Part shown: positions 18,151-28,092 of the stretch, one piece after another
Position numbering within the stretch: the first letter of the stretch is position 1
Layout: every line of letters starts with the position of its first letter
Source of the DNA: a virus
Lineage: Duplodnaviria > Caudoviricetes
Length of the DNA stretch: 52,466 bases
Reading direction: 5' to 3' (one strand)
Virus record (IMG/VR): IMGVR_UViG_3300021976_000020
Location: 1-52,466 of that record
Translations under genes and position numbers: made by a program
Notes under the pieces: model-generated
Database searches by the model: none
The model's input: only the letters and a program-made list of their open reading frames with translations
Told to the model about the DNA's origin: nothing

Positions 18151-19080
18151 TCAGGTGAGGTTCTCCAGCGTCTTGACTACCAGCTGGTATGCCGACGGTG
18201 AGCCGAGAATACCAGTGTACGCGATGTTGCCCCGAAGTAGATCACCTTGGCCCGACAGACCGACTTCGTACGAGTTCTTGATGGCGACCGGAATCAGCAT
18301 CGAGATGTTGTTGTTCACGCCCTTGGTAGCCTTCAGCGTGATGCTCTGGGACGTGAGAGCCTTGAAGGCATTGAAGTCGACCTTGCTCTCGAAATCCCGA
18401 CCTAACGTCAGTCCGACGTTACGCTCACCGTACTTGACGAACTGCGCTCCACGACCGGTGCTCTTCGCACGGAACTGCGGCTCGGCGTTGTCTTCGATCG
18501 TGAACTCGAAGGTATCCGTATCGAGTACAGGTGTTGACGTCGGGATCTCGATGTCATACGACCCTGCACCGTACGGAGTAGTAGTACCCCACGTAGTTAC
18601 GGGAGCTGCTTCCGTTGCCTCGTCAGCGCCAACGATACTGACGTTGAACCCTAGCACACCATCGCTCAAGGCGAAGCGGAAGCTCGAGACCACACAGCCG
18701 ACGAACCCGAACACCAAACCATTCCGCACGACGGTGATCGACAGCGTCTGGACAGGAACGGCTGCAGCTGTCGGAGTGATCGTGTAGATCCAGTTTGGAG
18801 TCGTTCCTGTCTTCACGACTGTAGCACGTGCAGCCGTGAAGAAGTACGGCAGACAGTCGTCGAGAGCATCCATCTCGATGTCGCCCTCAACGTGCGTGTC
18901 ACCAGGAACAGCCCAGATGACGTCAGCCGACTCACGAATGGGCCGACGGTACTGGGGCTCGCCCATGTACTGCAGCGACTCGTTGTTCACAGGAATGAAC
19001 TTGGTTGGAGCCTCGTACGTTCCTGAGACGGTCTCGAGAGCAATGCCCACGACACCACTCGCACCAATGCCCGGAGCCAT
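18151..19080 (-). CDS. major tail (tube) protein
   Basis: GIALETVSGTY..PTKFIP, VEGDIEM, GCVVSSF motifs; position. Confidence 0.88.
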   Translation of the reverse strand: MAPGIGASGVVGIALETVSGTYEAPTKFIPVNNESLQYMGEPQYRRPIRESADVIWAVPGDTHVEGDIEMDALDDCLPYFFTAARATVVKTGTTPNWIYTITPTAAAVPVQTLSITVVRNGLVFGFVGCVVSSFRFALSDGVLGFNVSIVGADEATEAAPVTTWGTTTPYGAGSYDIEIPTSTPVLDTDTFEFTIEDNAEPQFRAKSTGRGAQFVKYGERNVGLTLGRDFESKVDFNAFKALTSQSITLKATKGVNNNISMLIPVAIKNSYEVGLSGQGDLLRGNIAYTGILGSPSAYQLVVKTLENLT

Positions 19081-19280
19081 TAGCCCTCCTTACCCTTCGT
19101 TGCTGTCAGCGTGACTTCGACGCCTTCAGGTACGTTATCGGTGATGAGCGGAATCCCGGCGATGCGCATGAAGGTCTCGTTAGCCTCTAGCCCGAAGGTC
19201 TGGGGCTCGTCCTTCTTGAATACGCCTAGGCCGGGAACTACTCGATCGCTGTCTGACACAACTTCATACTGCAGCATCAC
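19080..19280 (-). CDS. small virion-associated hypothetical protein
   Basis: Coupled between tail terminator and major tail genes. Confidence 0.6.
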   Translation of the reverse strand: MMLQYEVVSDSDRVVPGLGVFKKDEPQTFGLEANETFMRIAGIPLITDNVPEGVEVTLTATKGKEG

Positions 19281-19753
19281 GCCCCCAGAAGACGAGTCTT
19301 CGACTTGCCGTTCCAAGTAATTCGAACGGCCTGGTAAAGTGTACCTTCCTTAATCGAATACCCAGGGTCGATGCTGGTGCACCAGCCGTGGATCACGATT
19401 CCCTCTTCGCCTGTCGGTCCGATAAGCGTTAGGTTCTGATCGAGAAAGCTAACAATGCCTTCAGCGATCGTCTCTGACTCCAACTTGTTCGCCAGTGCAG
19501 CTTGAACCTTCGAGTGGTACACAAGAATGTAGCACTCGTGATTGTTCTCGACAACTCCACCAGGAGCAATGCCACCGAGCGGACGCTGTGTGGGGCCTGC
19601 CTCAATACATACCGTAGGGGTACTAGGCAACTTATCCTGATCACCGTAGAACAGGCTTCCAAGAGGTCCCAGGAGCGCGAGCTTGTTCGCAGGGAAGTTG
19701 AGGAGCAGGTGAATACGCTGGGCAACCTGCGACGGCCACTTAGCTGGTGCCAC
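19277..19753 (-). CDS. tail terminator-like protein
   Basis: YGDQDKLPSTPTVCIE motif, size and position. Confidence 0.65.
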   Translation of the reverse strand: MAPAKWPSQVAQRIHLLLNFPANKLALLGPLGSLFYGDQDKLPSTPTVCIEAGPTQRPLGGIAPGGVVENNHECYILVYHSKVQAALANKLESETIAEGIVSFLDQNLTLIGPTGEEGIVIHGWCTSIDPGYSIKEGTLYQAVRITWNGKSKTRLLGA

Positions 19754-20441
19754 CGAACACCCCCGCTCGTCGAGCACGCTCTTCTAACCAGTCTGCGAAG
19801 ATTTCCTGAATGTCGTCCAAATCCTCATCCTGGAATACTGCGAAGGGGCGTGCAGGAATAGTCGCGGTTCCTGCAGGGGCAGGTCCGTGAGACACTAAGC
19901 GCTTGTCGAACAGCTTGAAGCCGAGCTCGTCGATTTCCTTCTTGTCAGCTTCCGGACCAAGAATCTGCTTAGCCTTCTTCTGGTAAGGTTCAAACCACTT
20001 GCCGGCACCAAAGCTGTTACCTTCAATGCCTCCCTGGTGAACCTTGCCGTACCAGATTCTCTCAGGCAAGTCCTTAATGGTTGCTGAGGTTGTGGTGAGC
20101 GTCCAGATACTGAGTGTCGTAACACCTCGCCGCAGCTTACCTGTGCGGATCAAGATAGGCCTGGACGACTTGCGCTTCCTAACAGTCGGCAGAGCTAGAG
20201 GCTCCCAAGGAGGACGGCCACCCACCGTGAAGTTCTTCCTGATGGACGGGATCATCACTTCCTGGATCGAGCGCTTTAGCGGCTCGCGCATCGACCTAAT
20301 ATCCATGCGAAACTTATCAACGTTCTTAGCCACGATGCCCAGCGAGGGCTTGAACTCGAAGGCTGTGATCTGCTTATCGAAACGCAGGTTCGCAATGGAC
20401 AAAGCGATTTGAGAAGGTGTCACCATATCGCCAGCAGACAT
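19740..20441 (-). CDS. virion morphogenesis / tail completion protein (Mu gpG-like)
   Basis: NF..GGRPPWEPL, IL.RTGKLR, YGKVHQ.G, IPARPF motifs. Confidence 0.8.
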   Translation of the reverse strand: MSAGDMVTPSQIALSIANLRFDKQITAFEFKPSLGIVAKNVDKFRMDIRSMREPLKRSIQEVMIPSIRKNFTVGGRPPWEPLALPTVRKRKSSRPILIRTGKLRRGVTTLSIWTLTTTSATIKDLPERIWYGKVHQGGIEGNSFGAGKWFEPYQKKAKQILGPEADKKEIDELGFKLFDKRLVSHGPAPAGTATIPARPFAVFQDEDLDDIQEIFADWLEERARRAGVFGGTS

Positions 20442-20453
20442 GTTGACCTCCTC

Positions 20454-20903
20454 TCAGAAAACTTGGCCCATAGAGAATGCTGCAGGACCCAATGACGGAT
20501 CTTGGCTCGTAGGACGTTGGGCAGACGACGCATCGTTAGGGTAGAACGAAGGCATCCCAACTTCTGGGACACCTGGCAGTGGAATGTCACCTGTCTGAAG
20601 ACCTAGCATCAAGGACTCAGCATTGGCCATCAGCCGTGCTGCATACACATTGGCATCTTCATCTTCGCTGTACGTACGATCGTAAATCCACGACACGTAG
20701 GTCTTGGTAATGATCGTCTTGACGATGGCCGGAGTGTTTGAGCTGTCCGTCCACGTACTAACATCGTAACCAAAGCCCTCAATGCGAGCAATGATTTCGC
20801 CTTCGAGCTGGTTGAGGAGAGCATTATCAAGTGCAGCAAGAGCGACGCCCATCTTGGAGGGCTCTCCCCAAGCTGCCGCTTCTGGCTGCGTGATCCTAGC
20901 CAT
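20454..20903 (-). CDS. head-to-tail adaptor (Mu gp36-like)
   Basis: Helical 149 aa protein downstream of capsid, TPAIVK motif. Confidence 0.65.
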   Translation of the reverse strand: MARITQPEAAAWGEPSKMGVALAALDNALLNQLEGEIIARIEGFGYDVSTWTDSSNTPAIVKTIITKTYVSWIYDRTYSEDEDANVYAARLMANAESLMLGLQTGDIPLPGVPEVGMPSFYPNDASSAQRPTSQDPSLGPAAFSMGQVF

Positions 20904-20924
20904 CTCTCCTCCTCTTCGGTATTG

Positions 20925-20960
20925 GGGGACTGGGGTCCCTCCCCAGAGCTCCCAGTCCCC
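20925..20960 (-). terminator. hairpin after capsid operon
   Basis: GGGGACTGGG / CCCAGTCCCC inverted repeat. Confidence 0.65.
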
Positions 20961-20972
20961 CGCACTCCGCGC

Positions 20973-21257
20973 CTACTGACCGCTTGCCCCAGCAGCAGGG
21001 GTAGCAGGTCCACCAGGCTGCTCGCCGGACGAAGAGCCAGAGCCTGAGCTCTTCTTCCCCTCGTCCGACTTGGAGTCGGTACCGTCCTTGCGCTCTTCGA
21101 GCGCGCCAGCCTTCCAGAGAGCCTTCATGTCCTCCGGCGAAAGGCCCGTGACCTTGTCCCCGACCTGGAAGATCTTCTCGCGGTTCTTACTGGGATCGTT
21201 CTCGTCGACGACCTCAGCCGACTTGATGCGGTTGAGCGCGTAGAAAGTCGATGCCAT
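20973..21257 (-). CDS. small head-associated hypothetical protein
   Basis: GGGAGGTG RBS; follows capsid gene. Confidence 0.7.
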   Translation of the reverse strand: MASTFYALNRIKSAEVVDENDPSKNREKIFQVGDKVTGLSPEDMKALWKAGALEERKDGTDSKSDEGKKSSGSGSSSGEQPGGPATPAAGASGQ

Positions 21258-21291
21258 TATTACACCTCCCTAGCAGAAGAAAGAGAACCGA

Positions 21292-22272
21292 TCACACGTC
21301 CGGAGCGAGCACGTCCTTGATCAGGTAGCCCGCGACCTGCTTGGAGGTGCTGTCGACTGCCGTCATCTTGACGTCGTACCGACGCCGAACTCGAACGAGG
21401 TCGGAAACCCGCTTCTCCTCGCGCCACCGGTCGACGAACTGCTGTCCCCACCGAAACTCGTAGCCGTACGCAGGGATCTTGAGTCCCGGGCGATCTGGAA
21501 CCCACGCCAGGATCACGTCGTCGCCCCAGATGTACGAGAGCGACTCAGCTGCACCGTAGTTGGCTGCGGCATTGTAGCCACCGCCCGGAACGATCCACCT
21601 GCGAACACTGGTGAGCGCCTGCAGGAGCTCTGTCGAGAAGATGGCCCGCTCCGAGTACCGGATACGGTCCAGGAACTTCGGGTGCTCTTCCAGTGCCGTC
21701 ATCACCTGGTAAGGAATGACGCCCAGGTTGGGCTCCATGAAGATCTTGGAGTGGACCATCGTACGTGCTACGCGCACGTCCTTGATCGGATCCGACGTGG
21801 CCGACGCGGTATTGTCCCACTGAGCCGCGAGCGCCAGGTTGGTCGAGTGGTTGGTTGCGTAGTTCGCAGCGGTGATCGCCAGGTTCCTAATGATGAGCTC
21901 ACGACCTAGCATGATCTTGCTGGTCACCAACTCGGTGGCATCGCGGTCCGGTCGAAGCGGCGAGTCAGCGTTCTCTCGCTCTTCATCCGTCACAGCGATC
22001 TCGAGCGCGTGCTCCTTGGCGTAGTACGGGTTCAGAGAGACCTGCATGCCAGGGATCTCGTTCGCCTCAGTACCCGGAGCACGCTCATCGCCACGCTCGG
22101 GGAACCAACCTTCACGTCCGAAGACGTAGTACAGATCCGACTGCTTGTTCACGCCAACTGCCGGGAACAGCGCATCGCCGACGAAGCCGTTGTTCGGCCA
22201 ACCGATGCTGATCTGAGTCAGGACCTTATCGACGTGGACGTTGCCGCCACCCGTCGGGTTGTAGACTGCCAT
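21292..22272 (-). CDS. major capsid protein
   Basis: HVDKVLTQISIG, LFPAVGV, RAPGTEA, SDPIKD, AGYLIKD motifs; strong codon bias. Confidence 0.92.
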   Translation of the reverse strand: MAVYNPTGGGNVHVDKVLTQISIGWPNNGFVGDALFPAVGVNKQSDLYYVFGREGWFPERGDERAPGTEANEIPGMQVSLNPYYAKEHALEIAVTDEERENADSPLRPDRDATELVTSKIMLGRELIIRNLAITAANYATNHSTNLALAAQWDNTASATSDPIKDVRVARTMVHSKIFMEPNLGVIPYQVMTALEEHPKFLDRIRYSERAIFSTELLQALTSVRRWIVPGGGYNAAANYGAAESLSYIWGDDVILAWVPDRPGLKIPAYGYEFRWGQQFVDRWREEKRVSDLVRVRRRYDVKMTAVDSTSKQVAGYLIKDVLAPDV

Positions 22273-22295
22273 ATCGGTATTCCTCCCTTCTCAGA

Positions 22296-22694
22296 TTAGA
22301 GCGTCCGGCCGTTGGGCGTGAGCAGAACGTCGATCCACTCGCCGTTGGCGACTGGAGCCTGAAGCGCGATAGCGACCACCTTGTTGCCAGCTGTAGCAGC
22401 CAAGATAGCCTGCCCTGAGGCATCTGACATGAGCTCGGAACCGAGTACAATGCCAGTGAATACACCTACCTGGACCTTGCTGATGCCGAGCATCCGAACG
22501 TTGACCTGGGCGTTGCCCGTAGCACTGTCCGCAGCATCGATTCGATCCTGACACACGCCGACAGTGAAGATCGTCGCAGCGGTCTGCTGGAGCACGCTCG
22601 TCTCGGTCGCGAACTTCATGAACCGATAGATCGCCTGAGCTGCACCAGAGTTGCTGAGGGCAAAGCCCTTGTCGAGAACGTAGTTTGGACCCAT
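22296..22694 (-). CDS. capsid decoration/cement protein (DUF2190-like)
   Basis: GISKV.G...G.ELMSDASGQAI...AIALQA...GEWIDVLL pattern, upstream of MCP. Confidence 0.75.
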   Translation of the reverse strand: MGPNYVLDKGFALSNSGAAQAIYRFMKFATETSVLQQTAATIFTVGVCQDRIDAADSATGNAQVNVRMLGISKVQVGVFTGIVLGSELMSDASGQAILAATAGNKVVAIALQAPVANGEWIDVLLTPNGRTL

Positions 22695-22708
22695 TGTTTA
22701 CCCTCCCC

Positions 22709-23956
22709 TCAGACCTTGAACGAGTACGAGTCGTTCTGGTACTCGGTGAACAGCTTCGGATCGTCCTCGAAAACCTGCATGAGGGCGTCCGAGCGGTCCA
22801 TGTCCTTGTTCTCGGTCATGAGCTTCTTGGTACGCTCTTCGACAACGTCTTCGGCCTTCTTGCCATCGGTACGACGACTCGTCTGCACGCCTGCACCGAC
22901 CGTCTCGCCCAGCTGTACGGTGCCGTCGCCCGACTTCACCTTGTCCAGCATGTTGGTGACCAGCTCGTGGAGCTGCGTCGGAAGCACCGTCAGGAGCTTC
23001 TCAGCCTCAGTCAGAACGGCCGGCGACAGGATCTGGTTGCCGGTCTTGTACTCCGACAGCTTCACCGCGACAGCGTTCTTCTTGTTCTCCTGCATCAGCT
23101 CGGCCAGCTGCTTCTGCTGGGCGGCCTGGTCGGACAGCAGCTTCGCGATCACCGGGTTCGTCGCCGCGAGCTCGGACAACTGCTTGTCCAGATCCTTCGG
23201 CACATCTTCGACGATCGGCTTGCCATCCTTGTCCACACGCTGTGCGGCCGTAGTGGCATCATTGGGAACGCCACCAACGGTGGTCGTCTGGGTCGCAGGG
23301 GTGTTCGGCGCGTGGGTAGTCGCGGTGTGATCCACCGGAGCACCTCCTGGCGTCACACTCTGCTGGCGAAGCGATGTGGCTCGCTCGAGGACCTGCTCTT
23401 CCGATGCGTCCTCAGGCAGGCCGAGGTTCGCCCGAAGCTTCTTCGGATCCACGCCTTCCTCCTTTTTCGGGTTGTCGGCGAAACTGAGTTCGCTCAGGTT
23501 AAGAGGGAGCAGGTCCTTAAGGAAAGGCCTATTGGTGATCCCCCCGCCAAACAGTACGTCTACGTGCTCTTTCCCCGCAGCGTCAGTCCACTTGTCCTGA
23601 AACTCTGGGGAGAAGTACCTGTACGCACCCTCCCTGATCTTACCTACAGCCGTCTTGGTCCAGTCAACGAGTAGCCAAAGCGCACTGTTCTCGACCTTGG
23701 CATCCTTGACCCACCCAGCAGCTTCACGTCCCTTGGTGGGATCCAGCTTGTGATCGTAGTCGACATCGGGCTCAATGCCCCGAACCTTCGACTTCACGCT
23801 GTCAGCGAAGCGCATCAGACGATCTGGGGTGAAGGAGAGCTTACCGTACCTCGGGTGAACGTAGTCACCAACGCGCATAGCCTGAATCCAGCCACGTCCA
23901 TTCTCGTCCAGGACGATTGACCGGAGATCGGCGTAGAAACCGAAGCGCTGGGTCAC
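22709..23956 (-). CDS. capsid maturation protease/scaffold (Mu gpI-like)
   Basis: VDYDH, AAGWV, WT..A...I..G.YRYFSPEF, GGITNRPFL; coiled-coil C-terminus. Confidence 0.88.
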   Translation of the reverse strand: MTQRFGFYADLRSIVLDENGRGWIQAMRVGDYVHPRYGKLSFTPDRLMRFADSVKSKVRGIEPDVDYDHKLDPTKGREAAGWVKDAKVENSALWLLVDWTKTAVGKIREGAYRYFSPEFQDKWTDAAGKEHVDVLFGGGITNRPFLKDLLPLNLSELSFADNPKKEEGVDPKKLRANLGLPEDASEEQVLERATSLRQQSVTPGGAPVDHTATTHAPNTPATQTTTVGGVPNDATTAAQRVDKDGKPIVEDVPKDLDKQLSELAATNPVIAKLLSDQAAQQKQLAELMQENKKNAVAVKLSEYKTGNQILSPAVLTEAEKLLTVLPTQLHELVTNMLDKVKSGDGTVQLGETVGAGVQTSRRTDGKKAEDVVEERTKKLMTENKDMDRSDALMQVFEDDPKLFTEYQNDSYSFKV

Positions 23957-23978
23957 CTAGAACCTCCTAACCCTACCC

Positions 23979-24011
23979 TAATTATATAGTAGTCACACTA
24001 AGAAATCACGG
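23979..24011 (-). promoter_or_regulatory. putative late promoter CCGTGATTT-N6-GTGACTA-N-TATATAAT
   Basis: Near-identical to 28713-28745; upstream of protease/capsid operon. Confidence 0.7.
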
Positions 24012-24059
24012 GGGCAAATTGATCTCCCATGTTTAACACACGCCCTAGTCTCGAACAAA

Positions 24060-24070
24060 ACTCCACACGG
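24060..24070 (+). promoter_or_regulatory. ACTCCACACGG motif copy
   Basis: Exact 11-mer, intergenic. Confidence 0.8.
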
Positions 24071-24084
24071 CTGATGTAACGTGT

Positions 24085-25638
24085 TCATGAACCTCCCGAC
24101 TTGTCTTTGCCTGCGTTACTCCTTGGAGGGTTCGCTGAAGGACTTGCTTGCCTAGGACCCTTAGCCGGAGCAGCTGTCGGAGGCTTCGGCTTGTTCGGCT
24201 CCCCGCCAGCTTCTCCTTGCGCAGGATCGCCCGGCGCCTGAGGTGCTTCGACCTCCTTACGGGTTTCGAAGTCGATTGGCGGCAGGTCGTTCTCTGCACG
24301 AAGGAAGACTTCCAGCCGCTCATCCGGAGTCAACAGGCCGGCTCCGACGTAGTTCCGCAGCGTGAACGACTGCGTCCGAGCGTCTTCCCATTCACCAATT
24401 CGCCGAGCCCGAAGCTTAGGTAGTTTTACACGTGAGTAATTCAAGTTAACCAAGTCCGGGATCACATGCTGATTGATTGTGTCGGTAATCAGCTCTGCAA
24501 CGTACCGAGTAGCCTTGTAGAACGTCTCCAAGGCTTCCTTCTTGGTGTTCGCAGCCGTCAAGAACGGCGCCAACACATTCGCCAGGATCATGTTGTTGTG
24601 GTGCTCGACCGACTTCATACAGTCGACCGGCTGCCCTTCGAGCTCGGCGAAGATAAGCTCCCAGCTCGGAGGCAGCGTCACGTGTGCCCGCTCGTTCGTA
24701 CGAAGGTTTCGGCCTAGGTTCTCCGCGATCCTCTTGTCTTCCTTCGTGAAGCCTGGCGGAAGCTTGACGACCGGAACGCCGATGCCATGACGTTCCTTCT
24801 GGATGGCGTCGATCTTGTACAACGCCTGCTTGAACGTGAAGTGCATGTAAGCGGATCGAAGAACCGAAGTGCCACGCAGATCCCCAGCCTCTGGCTCGTG
24901 CGAGAAGATGGCCAGCTTCTTGATCGCGATAAAGACACCCTGCGAATCGTCAGCAGGATTGCCCATCTCCGGAGGCTCCATCACGACGCCATCCGGACCG
25001 CCGTGGCTATCCCAAAGCCACTCGCGCACGTCTGACGGGTGCCGAGGAGCCAGCTTGCGCAGACGCACCTTGCCGTCAGAATCCAGCTTGTACACCTTCT
25101 CCATGATCATGTGACCGTAGTCGATCATGAGCAGGATGTCTTCCAGAATCCGTCCGAAAGACACATTCAGGTGCTCGCCGCTGAAGAGGTTTTCGTGTAC
25201 GAACTCTGCGACGTTCTTGTCCCTAGTACTGTCGGAAGCCGGCTCAACGAACCAGTGCGCACCTAGAACAGGCGTCTTGTACACACGGAGAGCGCCACGG
25301 ATAATTCCGTCGATACGCTTCATCTTGTAGTACTCGTTGATGCCGAACTTGTCGCGCAGCTTCGGGTTGTGCTCTTCCCTCGTCCACGAAGTCCACGGCG
25401 AAGGGCTAGAACTAGCCAACTCAGGCCCGACAGCTACCGTCTCGACAAGCTGCGTACTCTCACCACGCTCGCTGACAATGATGTAAGGGTTCTCGCCACT
25501 CTCAGCAGCCACCAGCTCGTACTTGTCAATGATCTCCTGCAGAGCGACCGAGCCAGGATCTTCCTCTGTCGGCAGCTCGAAGAGAGTTCCCTGTTGTGGT
25601 GTATCATCCCACCCTAGGTCGTTGACAACAACAGTCAT
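24085..25638 (-). CDS. portal protein (DUF935 / Mu gp29-like)
   Basis: YGH.IMEKVY, LRKLAPR, G.SVLRSAY, ERHGIGVP motifs; after terminase. Confidence 0.9.
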   Translation of the reverse strand: MTVVVNDLGWDDTPQQGTLFELPTEEDPGSVALQEIIDKYELVAAESGENPYIIVSERGESTQLVETVAVGPELASSSPSPWTSWTREEHNPKLRDKFGINEYYKMKRIDGIIRGALRVYKTPVLGAHWFVEPASDSTRDKNVAEFVHENLFSGEHLNVSFGRILEDILLMIDYGHMIMEKVYKLDSDGKVRLRKLAPRHPSDVREWLWDSHGGPDGVVMEPPEMGNPADDSQGVFIAIKKLAIFSHEPEAGDLRGTSVLRSAYMHFTFKQALYKIDAIQKERHGIGVPVVKLPPGFTKEDKRIAENLGRNLRTNERAHVTLPPSWELIFAELEGQPVDCMKSVEHHNNMILANVLAPFLTAANTKKEALETFYKATRYVAELITDTINQHVIPDLVNLNYSRVKLPKLRARRIGEWEDARTQSFTLRNYVGAGLLTPDERLEVFLRAENDLPPIDFETRKEVEAPQAPGDPAQGEAGGEPNKPKPPTAAPAKGPRQASPSANPPRSNAGKDKSGGS

Positions 25639-27086
25639 CAGAACTCCATCTTGGAATTGAAGAAGGTTTCCCTGCCAGCGCCAAAGAACTCACGCGCATC
25701 TCGTTCATTGAGAGTCACGTCAGCCAACGTGTAGATGTCGCTCAGCCTGGAGTTACATCCGAGCTTGTAGATGTGCATGAGCCCGTAGCGAAGTGCGTCG
25801 AGTGCATGGTCGTCGTGCTTCTTCGCCTGCTCCCGCACGTTAATTTCCGGGCGCGTGTCCGGAGCTCGATAGTTATTGAATTCGCGGATGAGATTTGTAC
25901 ACGAATGATCGATGTACAGTCGCGGCTCCTGACGAGGTGTCCCGTATTCGTCGGTAACAACTAGGCCTCCCCCATCAGGCGTGTACACATCCTGCAGCTT
26001 CAAGAACTTCTTGACCATGTCGATGCCCTCACGCCAGTTCTTCTTGGCGTCAGGCTCCGTGAACGTCGGAACGAAGTGCTCGGAGAGCGTTACTCCTGCC
26101 TCGGGATCGGCCGCATCTCCGAATCCGAGATCCAGGCGATACCCAGGTGGCTGTGGCAGGTTTCGCATCTTAGCAATGTGTTCCGCAAGCTGTCGATAAG
26201 CGAAATAGTACTCCCGCCACACATGCACGTTATCCCAAGGGTCAATTTGGAAGAACACAGCAGCAAATGGATTGGTGAATCCGAAGTCGAAGCCAACGTA
26301 AGAAGGCCAGTCCGGGTTAAACTTGACGGAACGGACATGCGTGGTCTCATTGAACTCGCCATAGATCTTCCCTACAAAGGCACTGAAGTCAGCACCGTAC
26401 TCCTGAAGGAACCACTCACGAGCTGTTGTGCGCTCGACGAGCAGGATCTCTGGGTCCTTACGACCCAGCGGGTACACATAAGGGTTCTCCCATGAAGGGA
26501 ACTGCCAGGACTCGAAATCCGGCTCGTCAGGGTTACGACCTGTCTGCCAGATATTGTATAGCCAGTTGTAGCCCTCAGGCGTCGTAGGGAACGTGGCGTG
26601 ACCGCGCTTGTCCGAGAGCGCCGGCCGAATGAATCGCTCCCACGTATCGTTCTTGTGCTTTGCCGCCTCAGACATAATGGCGAAGTTGAGGCTCTCACCA
26701 ACCAGGTTCTCTGGGTGGTCAGCACTTCGACACTCGACTCTGGTCTGCCATGGGAACTCAATGTACATCTCCCCAGAGCGCTTATTGTACGCCTTCTTGA
26801 CCCTCTTGTTCCGACCAAACTGCAGCTGGATGATGAAGATGTTCCAGAGTACACGAAACTCCTTCTCCGCCAAGTCATAGGTCGGCCCTACGATCCACCC
26901 GCGTCTATCCGGAATCATAAGGCCAGGAGCTTCCTCCATGGAGCTCATTCGGCTCTTCCCGAAGCGTCGACCGCAAACAGGAACCCTAAACCTAGCCTTC
27001 GAGTTGTGGAACAGCCACTGCTTCGGGTGCGGCTCGTAGCCCACGTACTTGAAGAAGTCGTTCTTGCTTACGGCCTTCACATTCAC
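25638..27086 (-). CDS. terL: terminase large subunit
   Basis: CGRRFGKS Walker A, VGPTY, LVGESL...SEAA, TTPEGYNW, GFDFGFTNP, DDHALDALRY. Confidence 0.95.
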   Translation of the reverse strand: MNVKAVSKNDFFKYVGYEPHPKQWLFHNSKARFRVPVCGRRFGKSRMSSMEEAPGLMIPDRRGWIVGPTYDLAEKEFRVLWNIFIIQLQFGRNKRVKKAYNKRSGEMYIEFPWQTRVECRSADHPENLVGESLNFAIMSEAAKHKNDTWERFIRPALSDKRGHATFPTTPEGYNWLYNIWQTGRNPDEPDFESWQFPSWENPYVYPLGRKDPEILLVERTTAREWFLQEYGADFSAFVGKIYGEFNETTHVRSVKFNPDWPSYVGFDFGFTNPFAAVFFQIDPWDNVHVWREYYFAYRQLAEHIAKMRNLPQPPGYRLDLGFGDAADPEAGVTLSEHFVPTFTEPDAKKNWREGIDMVKKFLKLQDVYTPDGGGLVVTDEYGTPRQEPRLYIDHSCTNLIREFNNYRAPDTRPEINVREQAKKHDDHALDALRYGLMHIYKLGCNSRLSDIYTLADVTLNERDAREFFGAGRETFFNSKMEF

Positions 27087-27089
27087 CCC

Positions 27090-27194
27090 CTAACTAGTAC
27101 GTCGCTGACACCAGCACTGGCAGACTATTTCAGCGCTCGGCGAGTGCAATCCTAACAGGCGACCTAGCCAACCAGCTCTCCACCCACGCTTCAT
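27090..27194 (-). CDS. 34-aa hypothetical peptide containing LLGLHSPS
   Basis: GGGGGTG RBS; fills gap upstream of terL. Confidence 0.4.
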   Translation of the reverse strand: MKRGWRAGWLGRLLGLHSPSAEIVCQCWCQRRTS

Positions 27195-27215
27195 GCAAAC
27201 ACCCCCTATATTAAA

Positions 27216-27374
27216 CTAGTTGCGCCTTCGCATCCATGGCGCTGGGGACAGCCAAGCATCGAGTAGCAGATGCGCTGAAATGAAAACCAGTCCCAGCAGC
27301 AACATGTTGATAGAGCCTAGCTGCACTCCGAAGAGTGCCAAGATGAACACAATCAACGCTGCAAGTGCGAACAT
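27216..27374 (-). CDS. small two-TM membrane protein
   Basis: MFALAALIVFILALFGVQLGSINMLLLGLVFISAHLLL...RRRN; AGGAG RBS. Confidence 0.7.
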   Translation of the reverse strand: MFALAALIVFILALFGVQLGSINMLLLGLVFISAHLLLDAWLSPAPWMRRRN

Positions 27375-27382
27375 GCCTTCTC

Positions 27383-27757
27383 CTAACAGCTCTTGGGGAG
27401 ATCCGGATACGGATTGGCTGCCCTGACCTTATCGTTCCGGACCAGCAGCTCCTGGTGCTCCGTGATCTCACGTGCTATCCTTGCCTCGTCGCTGGCGACG
27501 ATAGCATCAAAGACCTCGGCAAGCGACTTTCGCTCCGCTTCAGCTACTGCAAGCCGTACGGTCTGCGCATCGTAGTTCTGCTTGGAGTAGCGCTCCACGC
27601 AATCCGTCAGGCGAAAGAACGCTGTGTAGCCAACAACAACAGCTACTGAGAGCACAGCGATAACAATCCACTGGCCCAGAATTACTTGTCGCAGCTGTGT
27701 AGCTGCCGCAGCTTCCGTCCTACCTGGTTTCGGCGTACTATCGTGATCTGTGTCCAT
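27383..27757 (-). CDS. membrane protein
   Basis: One TM helix, C-terminal NPYPDLPKSC; start uncertain. Confidence 0.65.
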   Translation of the reverse strand: MDTDHDSTPKPGRTEAAAATQLRQVILGQWIVIAVLSVAVVVGYTAFFRLTDCVERYSKQNYDAQTVRLAVAEAERKSLAEVFDAIVASDEARIAREITEHQELLVRNDKVRAANPYPDLPKSC

Positions 27758-27829
27758 ACCAAGCCCACTCCCCATCCGCCTAAGCTCAGGGTTCCTATCC
27801 AGAACAGTCCCTGTACGTAGTAGGAACAA

Positions 27830-28045
27830 CTACCCAGCACTAGTACGCTCCTCTCGTAGGGCTCGCGGCACAAATGGCGGGTACACCGCTAACCACGTCC
27901 CCGTGGGAATACCCAGTAGTATGGGATCAGGTAAGGATCCGTCACGGAACAAGTACATGTACAACGCGGACCCTACCACTATCACCCATACTGACAATAC
28001 CACCGTTAGGAACCTCAGCTTGAATTGTGATTCTGTTACCGCCAC
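27830..28045 (-). CDS. membrane protein (holin-like)
   Basis: Two hydrophobic segments in 71 aa. Confidence 0.6.
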   Translation of the reverse strand: MAVTESQFKLRFLTVVLSVWVIVVGSALYMYLFRDGSLPDPILLGIPTGTWLAVYPPFVPRALREERTSAG

Positions 28046-28092
28046 CCCTAGCTCCCAACCTTGGTAAACTCACCCTCCTTGGCTAATCCACA

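Noticed and set aside
22685-23674. Long antisense ORFs (e.g. 22685-23674, 38187-38822, 41480-42403, 42396-43379)
   Set aside because: Shadows of GC-biased genes on the opposite strand, with no RBS or recognisable motifs.
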